From an uncultured Spirochaetia bacterium (GTDB taxonomy: Bacteria > Oederibacteriota > PGYV01 > Palsa-1178), in the NCBI GenBank assembly GCA_964565765.1, contig CAZMGF010000007.1, positions 3,222 to 67,221 of the forward strand: a DNA stretch of 64,000 nt, in the 5' to 3' direction. The position numbers and the translations under genes were made by a program. The notes beneath the pieces are model-generated. The model searched no databases. It was given only the letters and a program-made list of their open reading frames with translations, and had not been told where the DNA came from. How positions within the stretch are numbered: the first letter of the stretch is position 1; each line of letters opens with the position of its first letter. This document shows positions 17,839 through 26,228 of the stretch, one piece after another.

Positions 17839-19848
17839 TCAGTTTGACACGGTAAAAGTTACCACAACCCCCTTTGACTGCAGGTAGGGGATATCTGTAT
17901 TTAACGCCTGGCTTCCGAGCGGATTGTTGTTGAGTATTACCTGCGCCCCTCCGGCCAGTCCGCCGGAGTTCACATTGGTTACCAGCGGTGATACGTCTGT
18001 TATCTGGTTGGTATTGACGTCAAGATAATTCAGCGACAGGAGCCCGGCAAGCGGCGTCAGGGAAGTTATTGAATTATTGTACAGCGAAAGTATTGTAAGA
18101 GCGGGGCACTGGTCGAGCCCGCTCAAATCCGCTATTCCCGATGAAAAAGCGTTTAATGTGGTCAGGCCGTAAAGGTCGGTATTGTATATTGTCCCGGCGG
18201 GTTTACCTATGGCCGTTCTTACGGCGGCGTTCAGGTTGGCGTCCGGAAAATCAACTTCATGAGGGGTGAATGTTGGGGTTATTGTAAAAGTGGGGGTCAC
18301 GCTCGGAGTCGCCGTAAAAGTTTCGGTCCTTGTCGGCGTGACAGTCTTTGTATCCGTCATTGTCCTGGTTGACGTAAAAGTCGGTGATTCTGTGCACGTT
18401 CCGGTCACTGTCTTTGTAAGCGTCACCGTAAATGTCTGGGTTATTGTCCTGGTTATACTCGCCGTAGGCGATACCGTCCGTGTTGAAGTAACCGTAACAG
18501 TCGGGCTTATTGTGAAAGTGCATGTAACTGTCTTTGACATGGTGCGGGTCGGGGTAATGGTATTTGAAGCCACGGATGTTTTTGTAACCGTCGGGCTGAC
18601 CGTAAAGGTTTTGCTGATTGTGGAAGTAAGCGTGATTGTGGCGGTTGCCGTATATGTCGGAGTGAAGGTAAAAGTCCGCGTTACCGTGGAAGTTGCCTGG
18701 CTCACCTGAAAAACAGGGCTCACGGCTATAGGATGAACATTTGACCCGTTATTGTCGGATTCTACTGCAAATGTATAACTGCCTGCGGCTGACGGCGCGT
18801 TAAACCCCGGGCCGCCTCCGGACATTGCCCCGTATGTAACAATTATTCTTCCCGTATCGTTGGGCACCGCTGAAGCCGACACGATTATTTCCATTGATTG
18901 CGTCGAAACCTGAGTCAGGGACCCGCCGCTTACCGAAACTGTAAAATAACCCGGGTCGCCCGGATTCAGGGAAGGCTGTGAAAAACCGCCCGGAACTATT
19001 ATCTCCAGCGTACCGCTGCCCCATAATGTCTGTGGTGTATATGTTATCACGGCCGTATTTCCGCCGAAGCCTGTTGACGCTATCTGCGGAGAAATTGCTG
19101 CGGAGCCAAGCGGCGCCACTATGTCAAGCGCAGGGCTGCTCGCTATGGGCGAGGTTGTGTCCCCGCTTTCTGTCATGCCCACGGTAAAAGTAAAGATACC
19201 CGCGTTGGCCGCGGCGGCCGCGCCTGGCCCGCCTCCGCTTTTATCGCCGTAATTGACGGTTATTGTGCCTGTCGCGGCCGTAAGATTTCTTACCTGGATT
19301 ATTATCTGCATTGCATTTACGGTAACAGAATAAAGGGTGCCGTTCGTTACTGAAACCGTAAAATATCCGGGATCTGCCGCGCTCAAGCTTGGCGCTGAAA
19401 ATCCCGCCGGGATTGTAACCGAGAGCGTACCGTAAAGCGGCGCCGCCGCCCATGTTATACTGCCGGCGTTGTAAACCAGCTGCCACGTAATACCCGTCGA
19501 ATTCATCACGGCCCATGACGGCGAAAGCGATGCGACGCCTTTGGGCACTACCGGAGTATATGTGGAAGTACATGTCACCGTCGGTGATATTGTTGGAGAA
19601 ACAAAAGGCGTCAATGTCGGTGTAACCGATATTGTGGGGCTGGCCGTCGGGCTTTGCGGCGTTAAAACCGCGGAAGCCGTAGGGGTCTTTGTGCGCGTCA
19701 TTGTTGTGAGCTGCGTCAGCGCCGGTGTTTTAGGAATATCTATTATGGGGCCGGTGGGCAGCATTTTTTTCGGGTTGCATGACTGCGCGCAGGAAAGCAT
19801 CAACAATGCCGCGATTAGCAGCCTTACCCGCGCTGTTTTGCGGTTCAT
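17839..19848 (-). CDS. Putative lipoprotein: duplicated beta-domains, Thr-rich stalks and a C-terminal internalin-like LRR
   Basis: Lipobox-like LLMLS-C/AQS-C; two ~135-aa repeats sharing DPGYFTVSV and SGGGPG; TxT stalk; FPDANL...LDVNTNQITDVSPL...LNNNPL. Confidence 0.8.
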   Translation of the reverse strand: MNRKTARVRLLIAALLMLSCAQSCNPKKMLPTGPIIDIPKTPALTQLTTMTRTKTPTASAVLTPQSPTASPTISVTPTLTPFVSPTISPTVTCTSTYTPVVPKGVASLSPSWAVMNSTGITWQLVYNAGSITWAAAPLYGTLSVTIPAGFSAPSLSAADPGYFTVSVTNGTLYSVTVNAMQIIIQVRNLTAATGTITVNYGDKSGGGPGAAAAANAGIFTFTVGMTESGDTTSPIASSPALDIVAPLGSAAISPQIASTGFGGNTAVITYTPQTLWGSGTLEIIVPGGFSQPSLNPGDPGYFTVSVSGGSLTQVSTQSMEIIVSASAVPNDTGRIIVTYGAMSGGGPGFNAPSAAGSYTFAVESDNNGSNVHPIAVSPVFQVSQATSTVTRTFTFTPTYTATATITLTSTISKTFTVSPTVTKTSVASNTITPTRTMSKTVTCTFTISPTVTVTSTRTVSPTASITRTITQTFTVTLTKTVTGTCTESPTFTSTRTMTDTKTVTPTRTETFTATPSVTPTFTITPTFTPHEVDFPDANLNAAVRTAIGKPAGTIYNTDLYGLTTLNAFSSGIADLSGLDQCPALTILSLYNNSITSLTPLAGLLSLNYLDVNTNQITDVSPLVTNVNSGGLAGGAQVILNNNPLGSQALNTDIPYLQSKGVVVTFTVSN

Positions 19849-21101
19849 CTTAATGTATCCAGGAATTTTTTCAGTTCATCATCACCGGGGTTTAATTCCA
19901 GGGACTTGCTGTAATACTTCACGGCTTCCTCCGTGTTTTGCATATAATAAAAACAGTTGCCGAGTTTTTTAAATATAAGCGGTCCGGGGCTTAAAGCCGC
20001 AGCGTTTTTATACAGCGATGCCGCAGATGCGTAGTCGCCCTTTATAAACTCCGCATCTCCCTCCCCTGAAAAATCTTCTGCGGCAGCCGCCGTGGCGGTT
20101 ACAACCGGAGTTGCTTTAACAGCCGGTTTAACTTCCGGCGCTGCAACAGTTGTGGCAGTGTCCGTCGCAGTCGCAGTGGCTGCTGAAATAATTACCGCCG
20201 CTGCGGTTGCCGTGGCTATTTCAACCGTGGCTGCTGCTGTTACCGCAGTAAAAGTTGCGGTTGCATCGCTTGTAGCCGTCATTGCCGCGGTTGGCAAAGG
20301 TGTAACACCGCTTTCCTTAACAACCGCCGGGGCGTACTGCTGATTTGCTTTATTGCCGTCAAAGCTGTAATATCCCCCGAGCTGGGCATAAAACCCGGAG
20401 AAATCAGAATTAAAATTTGTCATTGTGCCGTTTATGTTTTCATCGGTTGACCTGAAAGAAGCCTGCCTTGAACCGGAAGCCGCCCTGAATCCAAAATTTA
20501 CAAATAGCCCAGTGTCCTTCTCAATAGAATATTCAAGCCCGGCTTCCGCGGACGCGCCTGGTATTACCCCGTCGATATCCTCAATGGTCGCCTTTTCAAG
20601 GTTCCCGGAGCTGTCATAGGTTTCTTCTTCGATGTAATTATTCACAGCGATAAACATCCCGCACCTTATCCCTCCGAAACATTTAAGTTCCCCTGATAGC
20701 GTAAAATATTTCCTGGCGCACAATTCAAGGCCGTAATAACTGAAAAAAACGTCCCTTTTTTCCATAGCGCTTCCGTCATGGTAATAAACCGCCCCGCCTG
20801 TTCCGGCGCGCATATATGAAACGCACAACCCGGCCCCTGCCGCGCCGTATGCCGGAGTGTCAAAAAGCGCAATCGCGCCCAGTGAAAAAATTGCTGAATA
20901 ATCCACGCCCGTAAGCGAAGCCTTGTACCCGGATGCCGTAAACGCTCCGCCCTGTCCCGGCAGAATATTGTTATATCCGGAAAATCCCCCGGTTCCAGCG
21001 CCTAAAGAAGGCTCAAAAACCAGCCCACAATAATTAATGTCAAAACCAAATGCCGCAACCCCCGAAGAGATAATTATCATAGTTAAAAAAAATCTCTTCA
21101 T
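19845..21101 (-). CDS. Outer-membrane beta-barrel with an Ala/Thr/Val linker and a C-terminal TPR
   Basis: Signal peptide; barrel ends YAQLGGYYSF; low-complexity linker; TPR KKLGNCFYYMQNTEEAVKYYSKSLELNP; 4-bp overlap with the lipoprotein gene. Confidence 0.75.
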   Translation of the reverse strand: MKRFFLTMIIISSGVAAFGFDINYCGLVFEPSLGAGTGGFSGYNNILPGQGGAFTASGYKASLTGVDYSAIFSLGAIALFDTPAYGAAGAGLCVSYMRAGTGGAVYYHDGSAMEKRDVFFSYYGLELCARKYFTLSGELKCFGGIRCGMFIAVNNYIEEETYDSSGNLEKATIEDIDGVIPGASAEAGLEYSIEKDTGLFVNFGFRAASGSRQASFRSTDENINGTMTNFNSDFSGFYAQLGGYYSFDGNKANQQYAPAVVKESGVTPLPTAAMTATSDATATFTAVTAAATVEIATATAAAVIISAATATATDTATTVAAPEVKPAVKATPVVTATAAAAEDFSGEGDAEFIKGDYASAASLYKNAAALSPGPLIFKKLGNCFYYMQNTEEAVKYYSKSLELNPGDDELKKFLDTLR

Positions 21102-21153
21102 TAAACTCCTCCATATTATATGGTCGGCAAATAGATAATTATATTAACAATAA

Positions 21154-21173
21154 ATAAAGCACAATCCGTGCCA
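21154..21173 (-). promoter_or_regulatory. Sigma54 (-24/-12) promoter upstream of the barrel-TPR/lipoprotein genes
   Basis: Minus strand TGGCACGGATTGTGCTTTAT (GG-N10-GC), nearly identical to three promoters inside the flagellar cluster. Confidence 0.75.
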
Positions 21174-21222
21174 ATATAATCCTTGTTTTTAAAGTGGATT
21201 GTCCGGGAATTTGAGAGGATAT

Positions 21223-21260
21223 TTGAAATGCATTGCACAAAATATGGAATGGGTTCCATA
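21223..21260. promoter_or_regulatory. Tandem enhancer-like palindromes (candidate bEBP UAS)
   Basis: TATGGAA-N4-TTCCATA at 21243-21260 and a degenerate copy TTGAAATGCATTGCAC at 21223-21238, 21 bp apart. Confidence 0.6.
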
Positions 21261-21305
21261 GTGTTTTCATGGTTTATCCGGAATAACCAATTATCGTCAG
21301 TAAAG

Positions 21306-21740
21306 TTATACGCCTTCCTTAGTTTCGGATTTTTTTTCCGCTTCTTCAGCCGCATTTTGCGCAGGTACGGCAGGGGCGTCAGTTACGGCGGCTTCAATAT
21401 TTTCCACCGGTTTATCCGGTTGGGGCTCCGGTTTACCAACGGTGCCGGCAAGCTCCTGCCTTATCAACGCTATAATTTCATCCTTGAGCTCCCGGGAAAG
21501 TTTGGGCGCCCCGGAATCCGTCTTATCGCTTTTATCTTCAGCAGCGCCGTTTTGGCCCGGCTGCTCAAGGCACGTTGATATTTTGTATACAAGGGTTGCA
21601 AGTTCCCTGTACTTGGTGTCACCGAGGATATCGATCAAATTGGCAATTACAACCGCATATGGCTCAACTATCGAGCCGCTGTAGCCGCTGTCATTGGCGA
21701 ATTTTTCGACTGCCTCTCGTATATCGGCTTTTAAGTCCAC
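21306..21740 (-). CDS. Orphan acidic protein, probably sigma28-dependent
   Basis: GTG at 21740 follows an SD (GGAGGG). The track's ATG at 21791 lies only 2 nt past the predicted -10 element. Helical N-terminus, Pro/Ala/Glu-rich disordered tail. Confidence 0.65.
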   Translation of the reverse strand: MDLKADIREAVEKFANDSGYSGSIVEPYAVVIANLIDILGDTKYRELATLVYKISTCLEQPGQNGAAEDKSDKTDSGAPKLSRELKDEIIALIRQELAGTVGKPEPQPDKPVENIEAAVTDAPAVPAQNAAEEAEKKSETKEGV

Positions 21741-21793
21741 AATACCCTCCCTCTTTATTTTCAATCGCATCAAAAAGAACTCTTCTTTCATTA

Positions 21794-21820
21794 TAATCGG
21801 TAATTACGGCCGGTAACTTA
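21794..21820 (-). promoter_or_regulatory. Sigma28 (FliA)-type promoter
   Basis: TAAG-N15-ACCGATTA on the minus strand. Confidence 0.65.
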
Positions 21821-21834
21821 AATTATTTTATATG

Positions 21835-22209
21835 CTAAATTTCACCCGTAATCTTTTTGATAAGAGCGGCATGGTCGGCGTCAATTAACATGAAATTTAC
21901 CCCTATCCTGAACACATCAATAACTTTCTCATCCTTTCTGCACCATTCAACACGTCCGAATGTGGTGAGCGGAACTTCCTCTTCCGGCAGATAAACATCC
22001 ATTTTTATCACCTGGCCGGGGCGCATCTCCTCATCGGCGACCATCTGGATCCCGGAAAGGCTTATATCAATGGACGCCCCGGATTTTTCAATCTTCAGTT
22101 TTTCCGGATCGCCGCCATAATCAAGTATCTCCGCGTATTTATACAATACTTTCGCGGAAATAGCCGCCCTTCTGTGTTTTCTGCCTTCTCTGCCGCCGTA
22201 GTTTTCCAT
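21835..22209 (-). CDS. Single-domain PilZ protein (putative c-di-GMP receptor)
   Basis: RKHRR (RxxxR) and DISLSG (DxSxxG) motifs; GRVEW...FRIGVNF. Confidence 0.9.
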   Translation of the reverse strand: MENYGGREGRKHRRAAISAKVLYKYAEILDYGGDPEKLKIEKSGASIDISLSGIQMVADEEMRPGQVIKMDVYLPEEEVPLTTFGRVEWCRKDEKVIDVFRIGVNFMLIDADHAALIKKITGEI

Positions 22210-22263
22210 TTTTTTTGCCGAAAAAAAAACGGCAAATGCTCCTTTATGTTTTTTAAATTCAAA

Positions 22264-22298
22264 AAAAAGACCCGGGCGCGAAGCGCCCGGGTCTTTTT
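22264..22298. terminator. Intrinsic terminator after fliS (symmetric A/T tails)
   Basis: AAAAAGACCCGGGCGC-GAA-GCGCCCGGGTCTTTTT perfect hairpin. Confidence 0.85.
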
Positions 22299-22311
22299 AA
22301 TTGAGAAATTT

Positions 22312-22737
22312 TCATACCCTGTTTTTAACAACACCCTCGCTCCACGTATCCCGCATCATCTGTATTATTTTCAGGGCGTCTTCGGCCTTCTGCCTGTCTT
22401 TTTTCATATTGCTCTGGGTTATCGACCGGTCTATAAAAACGTAAAGTTTCCTGAAATTAACCGCTATATCCCCGCCTTTTTCAAAATTAAGCGAGCCGTT
22501 AAGTTCATCCACAATGGCATCCGCCTTGTTAAGGTTGTTGTTTATTTTTTCGTATGACTCCTCGCTGAAGCCTTCCAGGGCCGCCCGCAGGAATTTAATG
22601 CATCCATCATACAGGTCAAGTATGAGCAGCTCCGGCGGCCGCGTTAAAAAACTGTTATTTACATACTTTTTTATCGAATCGTTCATGCTGTCAACCGCCC
22701 TTAATTCCTGTTTTTCCATTTTCGTCCCGCCTTTCAT
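22312..22737 (-). CDS. fliS: Flagellin export chaperone FliS (alternative start at 22719)
   Basis: PPELLILDLYDGCIKFL...ELNGSLNFEKGGDIAVNFRKLYVF...MRDTW. Confidence 0.92.
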   Translation of the reverse strand: MKGGTKMEKQELRAVDSMNDSIKKYVNNSFLTRPPELLILDLYDGCIKFLRAALEGFSEESYEKINNNLNKADAIVDELNGSLNFEKGGDIAVNFRKLYVFIDRSITQSNMKKDRQKAEDALKIIQMMRDTWSEGVVKNRV

Positions 22738-23366
22738 TAATGTAATGTACTGCCTTCCATCACGTCTTTATAAAGCGCAGGCATGGTATTTTCCCAGCCG
22801 TCTATCATAGGCAAAAGTTCGTATTCCACAATATCCGCGGTCATAATACTATCTTCCAGGCTTATCGCGTCAACTATCCTGGTAAGCATCCCGTTTATAA
22901 CGGATGACTTTTCAATAAATTCATTCACATAACTGCGCCCCTCAACAAAGTTCAGGAGCCCGGATGTTTTCATGCTTCCCATCATTGTAAAAACAGTCTG
23001 GATACTCGACACGCACTGCGAGAAACTTTTCATGGATTTCTCAAATTCCCCCGTCAGAAGAAGCTCCACAACTTTCTTAAGCGCGCCTTTCACCTTTTCA
23101 AGCACAAGAACCGAATCATATATTGTGGCCATCGCTATTTCTTTCTGGGTTGCGGTTACAAGATCCACATATTCGTCATGCACGCTCACAAGCCCGAAAA
23201 TATCCTGGCCGTAAAAATCATACTTGTCGCCCCGGGGGGTCTTTAAAAAAACTATAATCCTGTCCTTTTTTCCGGTGCCCCGCTCCACAAGTTCCACAAG
23301 CGTGTTTCTGCTCTGTTTTTCAAACTCTATTGCGCCGTATTCGATGCCGTCAATTAAAAGTTTCAT
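22737..23366 (-). CDS. Conserved-looking hypothetical helical protein between fliD and fliS
   Basis: 209-aa ORF coupled to fliS by a TAATG overlap; C-terminal TADIVEYELLP...W motif resembles hypotheticals in other flagellar loci. Confidence 0.7.
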   Translation of the reverse strand: MKLLIDGIEYGAIEFEKQSRNTLVELVERGTGKKDRIIVFLKTPRGDKYDFYGQDIFGLVSVHDEYVDLVTATQKEIAMATIYDSVLVLEKVKGALKKVVELLLTGEFEKSMKSFSQCVSSIQTVFTMMGSMKTSGLLNFVEGRSYVNEFIEKSSVINGMLTRIVDAISLEDSIMTADIVEYELLPMIDGWENTMPALYKDVMEGSTLH

Positions 23367-23395
23367 ATTTTCACCTCTGCCTTTTATTTTAAGCG

Positions 23396-25303
23396 CTAGC
23401 TTGAAGTCCCGGATGACGAATCTGAACTCGAAGAATCCGAACTTGAAGAATCCGACGAAGACGGAGAAGCTGTTGAAGAAGAAGAAGAAGAAGAAGTAGT
23501 AGTAGCGCCGCTCATTGCTGAAAAATAGTTCATCTGATTTTTCATCGTTGACATGGAAGCTTCCATGTTCGCAAATTCGGTCTGCAGCTGGTTCTGCTCC
23601 AGCGTCATCCTAGACTCAAATTCTGTAATCTGATCCGTCAACGAGGATACGCTGTTGTTAAGATTTGTGACTTCCGCGCTTATGGGCCCCAGCGGTGCGG
23701 TGTAATTATTGAGTGTATTAAAGGCATTCTGGGCGAATCCGGTGTTGGATGCGAAAAACTGCGACATGCCGTTTGGATTTGAACTCAGCATCTGCTGAAA
23801 TGTGGTGGTATTAAAGTTAAGCGTAAGTGTCTGGTAATTATCGTTTGATGTGAGTGAAAGTCCTGCCTCGGCAGCCATATTCACCCCTCCGCTCATGCCG
23901 GGTATCAGGTTGTCAACCATACCTTCAAGCTTTTCCTTTAATGTTTCAAGGGTGCTGTTGTTGCTCAGGCTTCCCTGGAACATCTGGTCGCCTGTAGTTG
24001 GAGTCTGTACCGAAGTCGCGTTAAGCTGGGTTTGAATATCAGACATGACCTGATTAAATGCGGTAGTAAAAGTCTGCACCGCCGACGTTATGCCCTGTGC
24101 ATCAGAGGCAACGCTGATTGTTGTCTGTCCGATTCCTGAAAGATCCACCGCCATACCCGGAATAGCTCCGGTGATTATATTGGAGGATGATGTCACCGTA
24201 TTCCCGCCATTAATTGAATATTGCGCGTCAGTCCCCGAATATGTGTCCGCCGCCCCGCCGGCCGGCGGATTGTTTGATGATAATTTTAACGCGTAAAGTA
24301 TATTTGAGGTGTCATCGCTGCTGCCAAGCACAATCTGGTTCGCCGAACCCGAATTGTTCGCAGCGAGGCTTATAGTGCCGCTGGCTGAATCATAAGTGGC
24401 CGTAACTCCCGCATTGGAAGCGTTTATTTCGGAAAGGACTGAATGAATTGAATCCTTGGTAGGGTCGACGCTGAATTTTACATTATTAATGGTAAACACT
24501 CCGGCTGTTACGGTATTGTCAAGATTTACCGTGCTTGAATCAAGCAGCTGCGTCTGATCCGTGGCTTTTGCATTCGTTCCGGTATAGGTTCCGGCAGTTA
24601 AATTAAGCGACTCCAGGAGATTTCCCGAAGTCTCGCCAAGCGCCACAGTGGCCGCCTGTCCGGTTGTCCCAGAGCTTATGTTGAAAGTCTGGTTCTGGGT
24701 GTTATAAGTGGCGGTTGCGCCTGTATTGGCTGCATTTATCCTCGCCGCAATATCATTAAGGCTGTCTGTTGAGCTCCAGTTTATGGCGACGCCGTTTACT
24801 GTAATTGTTCCGGAACCATCCGGAGCCGTATTAAAATTTGACCCCTGCGCTCCCAGCGTAACCGCTGACGATACTGTATTTCCCGATGAATTAATGGCGG
24901 CTGAACTTGTTTCAGATGCCGCCGCAGGATTAGCGTTGGATGCGGTATAAAGCACACCGCTTGTTTTAATGGCAAAAGAAGCCAGCGAAGTTACATTTAT
25001 ATTATAATTGCTCAACGGGGTATTATTGTCGCTCAGGGTTGCGCTCGCAACCGAAGGATCAGACACGGTCGGAGCTTTTGAATCAAATACATCGCCGCCT
25101 ATATTGCGCATGGCATCAGCCGCATTTTGAAGTGTATTAAGGTCCGTTGTAAGTCCGGACCAAAAATTCAGCCCGTCGTTATCGGAGGCTACCTGATTCT
25201 GCATTGTTGTTTCCGGTATACGGGCTGCGGTCATCATTTCATTTATTATCGACGTCCAGTCAATCCCCGACGACAACCCTGTAATGTACATGCTTGACGA
25301 CAT
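23396..25303 (-). CDS. fliD: Flagellar filament cap FliD with a Ser-rich C-terminal tail
   Basis: ITGLSSGIDWTSII N-terminus; SSSNIITGAIPG; LQTEFANMEASMSTM C-terminal helix. Confidence 0.92.
   Translation of the reverse strand: MSSSMYITGLSSGIDWTSIINEMMTAARIPETTMQNQVASDNDGLNFWSGLTTDLNTLQNAADAMRNIGGDVFDSKAPTVSDPSVASATLSDNNTPLSNYNINVTSLASFAIKTSGVLYTASNANPAAASETSSAAINSSGNTVSSAVTLGAQGSNFNTAPDGSGTITVNGVAINWSSTDSLNDIAARINAANTGATATYNTQNQTFNISSGTTGQAATVALGETSGNLLESLNLTAGTYTGTNAKATDQTQLLDSSTVNLDNTVTAGVFTINNVKFSVDPTKDSIHSVLSEINASNAGVTATYDSASGTISLAANNSGSANQIVLGSSDDTSNILYALKLSSNNPPAGGAADTYSGTDAQYSINGGNTVTSSSNIITGAIPGMAVDLSGIGQTTISVASDAQGITSAVQTFTTAFNQVMSDIQTQLNATSVQTPTTGDQMFQGSLSNNSTLETLKEKLEGMVDNLIPGMSGGVNMAAEAGLSLTSNDNYQTLTLNFNTTTFQQMLSSNPNGMSQFFASNTGFAQNAFNTLNNYTAPLGPISAEVTNLNNSVSSLTDQITEFESRMTLEQNQLQTEFANMEASMSTMKNQMNYFSAMSGATTTSSSSSSSTASPSSSDSSSSDSSSSDSSSGTSS
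23399..23505 (-). repeat. Ser/Asp low-complexity tail of FliD, including a (GAA)7 microsatellite on the + strand
   Basis: Encodes TTTSSSSSSSTASPSSSDSSSSDSSSSDSSSGTSS; (GAA)7 at 23475-23495. Confidence 0.85.
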
Positions 25304-25353
25304 TTTAGTTCTCCTTTCCCCTCGCTTAAATCCGGTATAAATCCCGGCTCATT

Positions 25354-25386
25354 AAAAGGCCGGCAGGGTTAGAGGCCCTGCCGGCC
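25354..25386 (-). terminator. Intrinsic terminator after flagellin
   Basis: GGCCGGCAGGG/CCCTGCCGGCC 11-bp stem followed by TTTT on the minus strand. Confidence 0.8.
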
Positions 25387-25400
25387 GGTTGATTGAAATT

Positions 25401-26222
25401 TTACTGCATCAGTTTAAGAACACTCTGCGGCAGTGAGTTAGCCTGCGCCAACATGGAAGTGCCCGACTGCTCAAGTACCTGCAGCCTTGTGAAGTTTGAC
25501 ATTTCCGACGCCATGTCAACATCCATTATGTTGGATTCGGATGCCGTCATGTTCGTGTTCTCGATGTCGATGTTGCTGCTCGTTTCCTGGAGCCTGTCCA
25601 TAACAGCGCCTATCTGGCCTCTGTTTGCCGATACAAGGTTGATGGCCGATGTTATTGAATCAATAGCGGCTTCGGATCCCGCAACCGTTGTGAAATTCAG
25701 CGCGTTAACACCGAGTGTTGTGGCACTGACGCCGGTTATGGATAAATCGATCTGATCCGATGAGGCGGATCCCGTTCCCACCTGAAGCTGCTCATTTGTA
25801 AAATTTCCATCGAGCAGATTTTTGGTGTTGAACTGGACCGTTGATGCCATCCTGGTAAGTTCCGATGTGAGCTGGTTGGCCTCGCTCTGAATCAGCCCTT
25901 TGTCCGCAGTTGTAAGGGTCGCGTCATTGGCCGACCTTACCGCCAGGGTGTTGAGCCTCTGCAGTATGTCGGTAGCCGTGTTTAAAGCGCCGTCCGCTGT
26001 CTGCATGAGAGAGAGTCCGTCCGAGGTGTTCTGTTTGGCCTGTGTCAGGGCGTTCATCTGGGCCAGCATTTTCTGCGCGATTGCCATGCCCGCCGGATCA
26101 TCCGCTGACGTGACGATTTTGTCGCCTGAAGAAAGCTTCGTGAGGGAAGACTGCATTGCACTGTCCGTGTTGTTCAGGTTCGTGAGAGCGATCATCGAGC
26201 TGATGTTGTGATTGATAACCAT
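25401..26222 (-). CDS. fliC: Minimal flagellin (D0/D1 only, 273 aa)
   Basis: MVINHNISSM; LSSGDKI..SADDPAGMAI; FNTKNLLDG; DVDMASEM; MLAQAN.LPQSVLKLM. Confidence 0.96.
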   Translation of the reverse strand: MVINHNISSMIALTNLNNTDSAMQSSLTKLSSGDKIVTSADDPAGMAIAQKMLAQMNALTQAKQNTSDGLSLMQTADGALNTATDILQRLNTLAVRSANDATLTTADKGLIQSEANQLTSELTRMASTVQFNTKNLLDGNFTNEQLQVGTGSASSDQIDLSITGVSATTLGVNALNFTTVAGSEAAIDSITSAINLVSANRGQIGAVMDRLQETSSNIDIENTNMTASESNIMDVDMASEMSNFTRLQVLEQSGTSMLAQANSLPQSVLKLMQ

Positions 26223-26228
26223 GATTCA

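Noticed and set aside
18257-18709. Val-rich + strand ORF (18266-18709) and similar ORFs opposite Thr-rich stalks (19541-19972, 20092-20343, 63743-63946)
   Set aside because: They are antisense or alternate-frame shadows of Thr/Ala codon runs in real genes and lack an SD or recognisable domains.
21116-21355. 79-aa minus-strand ORF
   Set aside because: It overlaps the sigma54 promoter/enhancer and the end of the upstream gene; composition is not protein-like.
25333-25356. Sigma28-like promoter for fliD (TTAA-N15-ACCGGATT)
   Set aside because: One base short and mismatched at -10, and it abuts the fliC terminator; plausible but not listed as a feature.
25401-26222. TLR5-evasion claim from the QRLNTLAV variant of the QRVRELAV epitope
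   Set aside because: No evidence of an animal host, and single-motif changes are not predictive.
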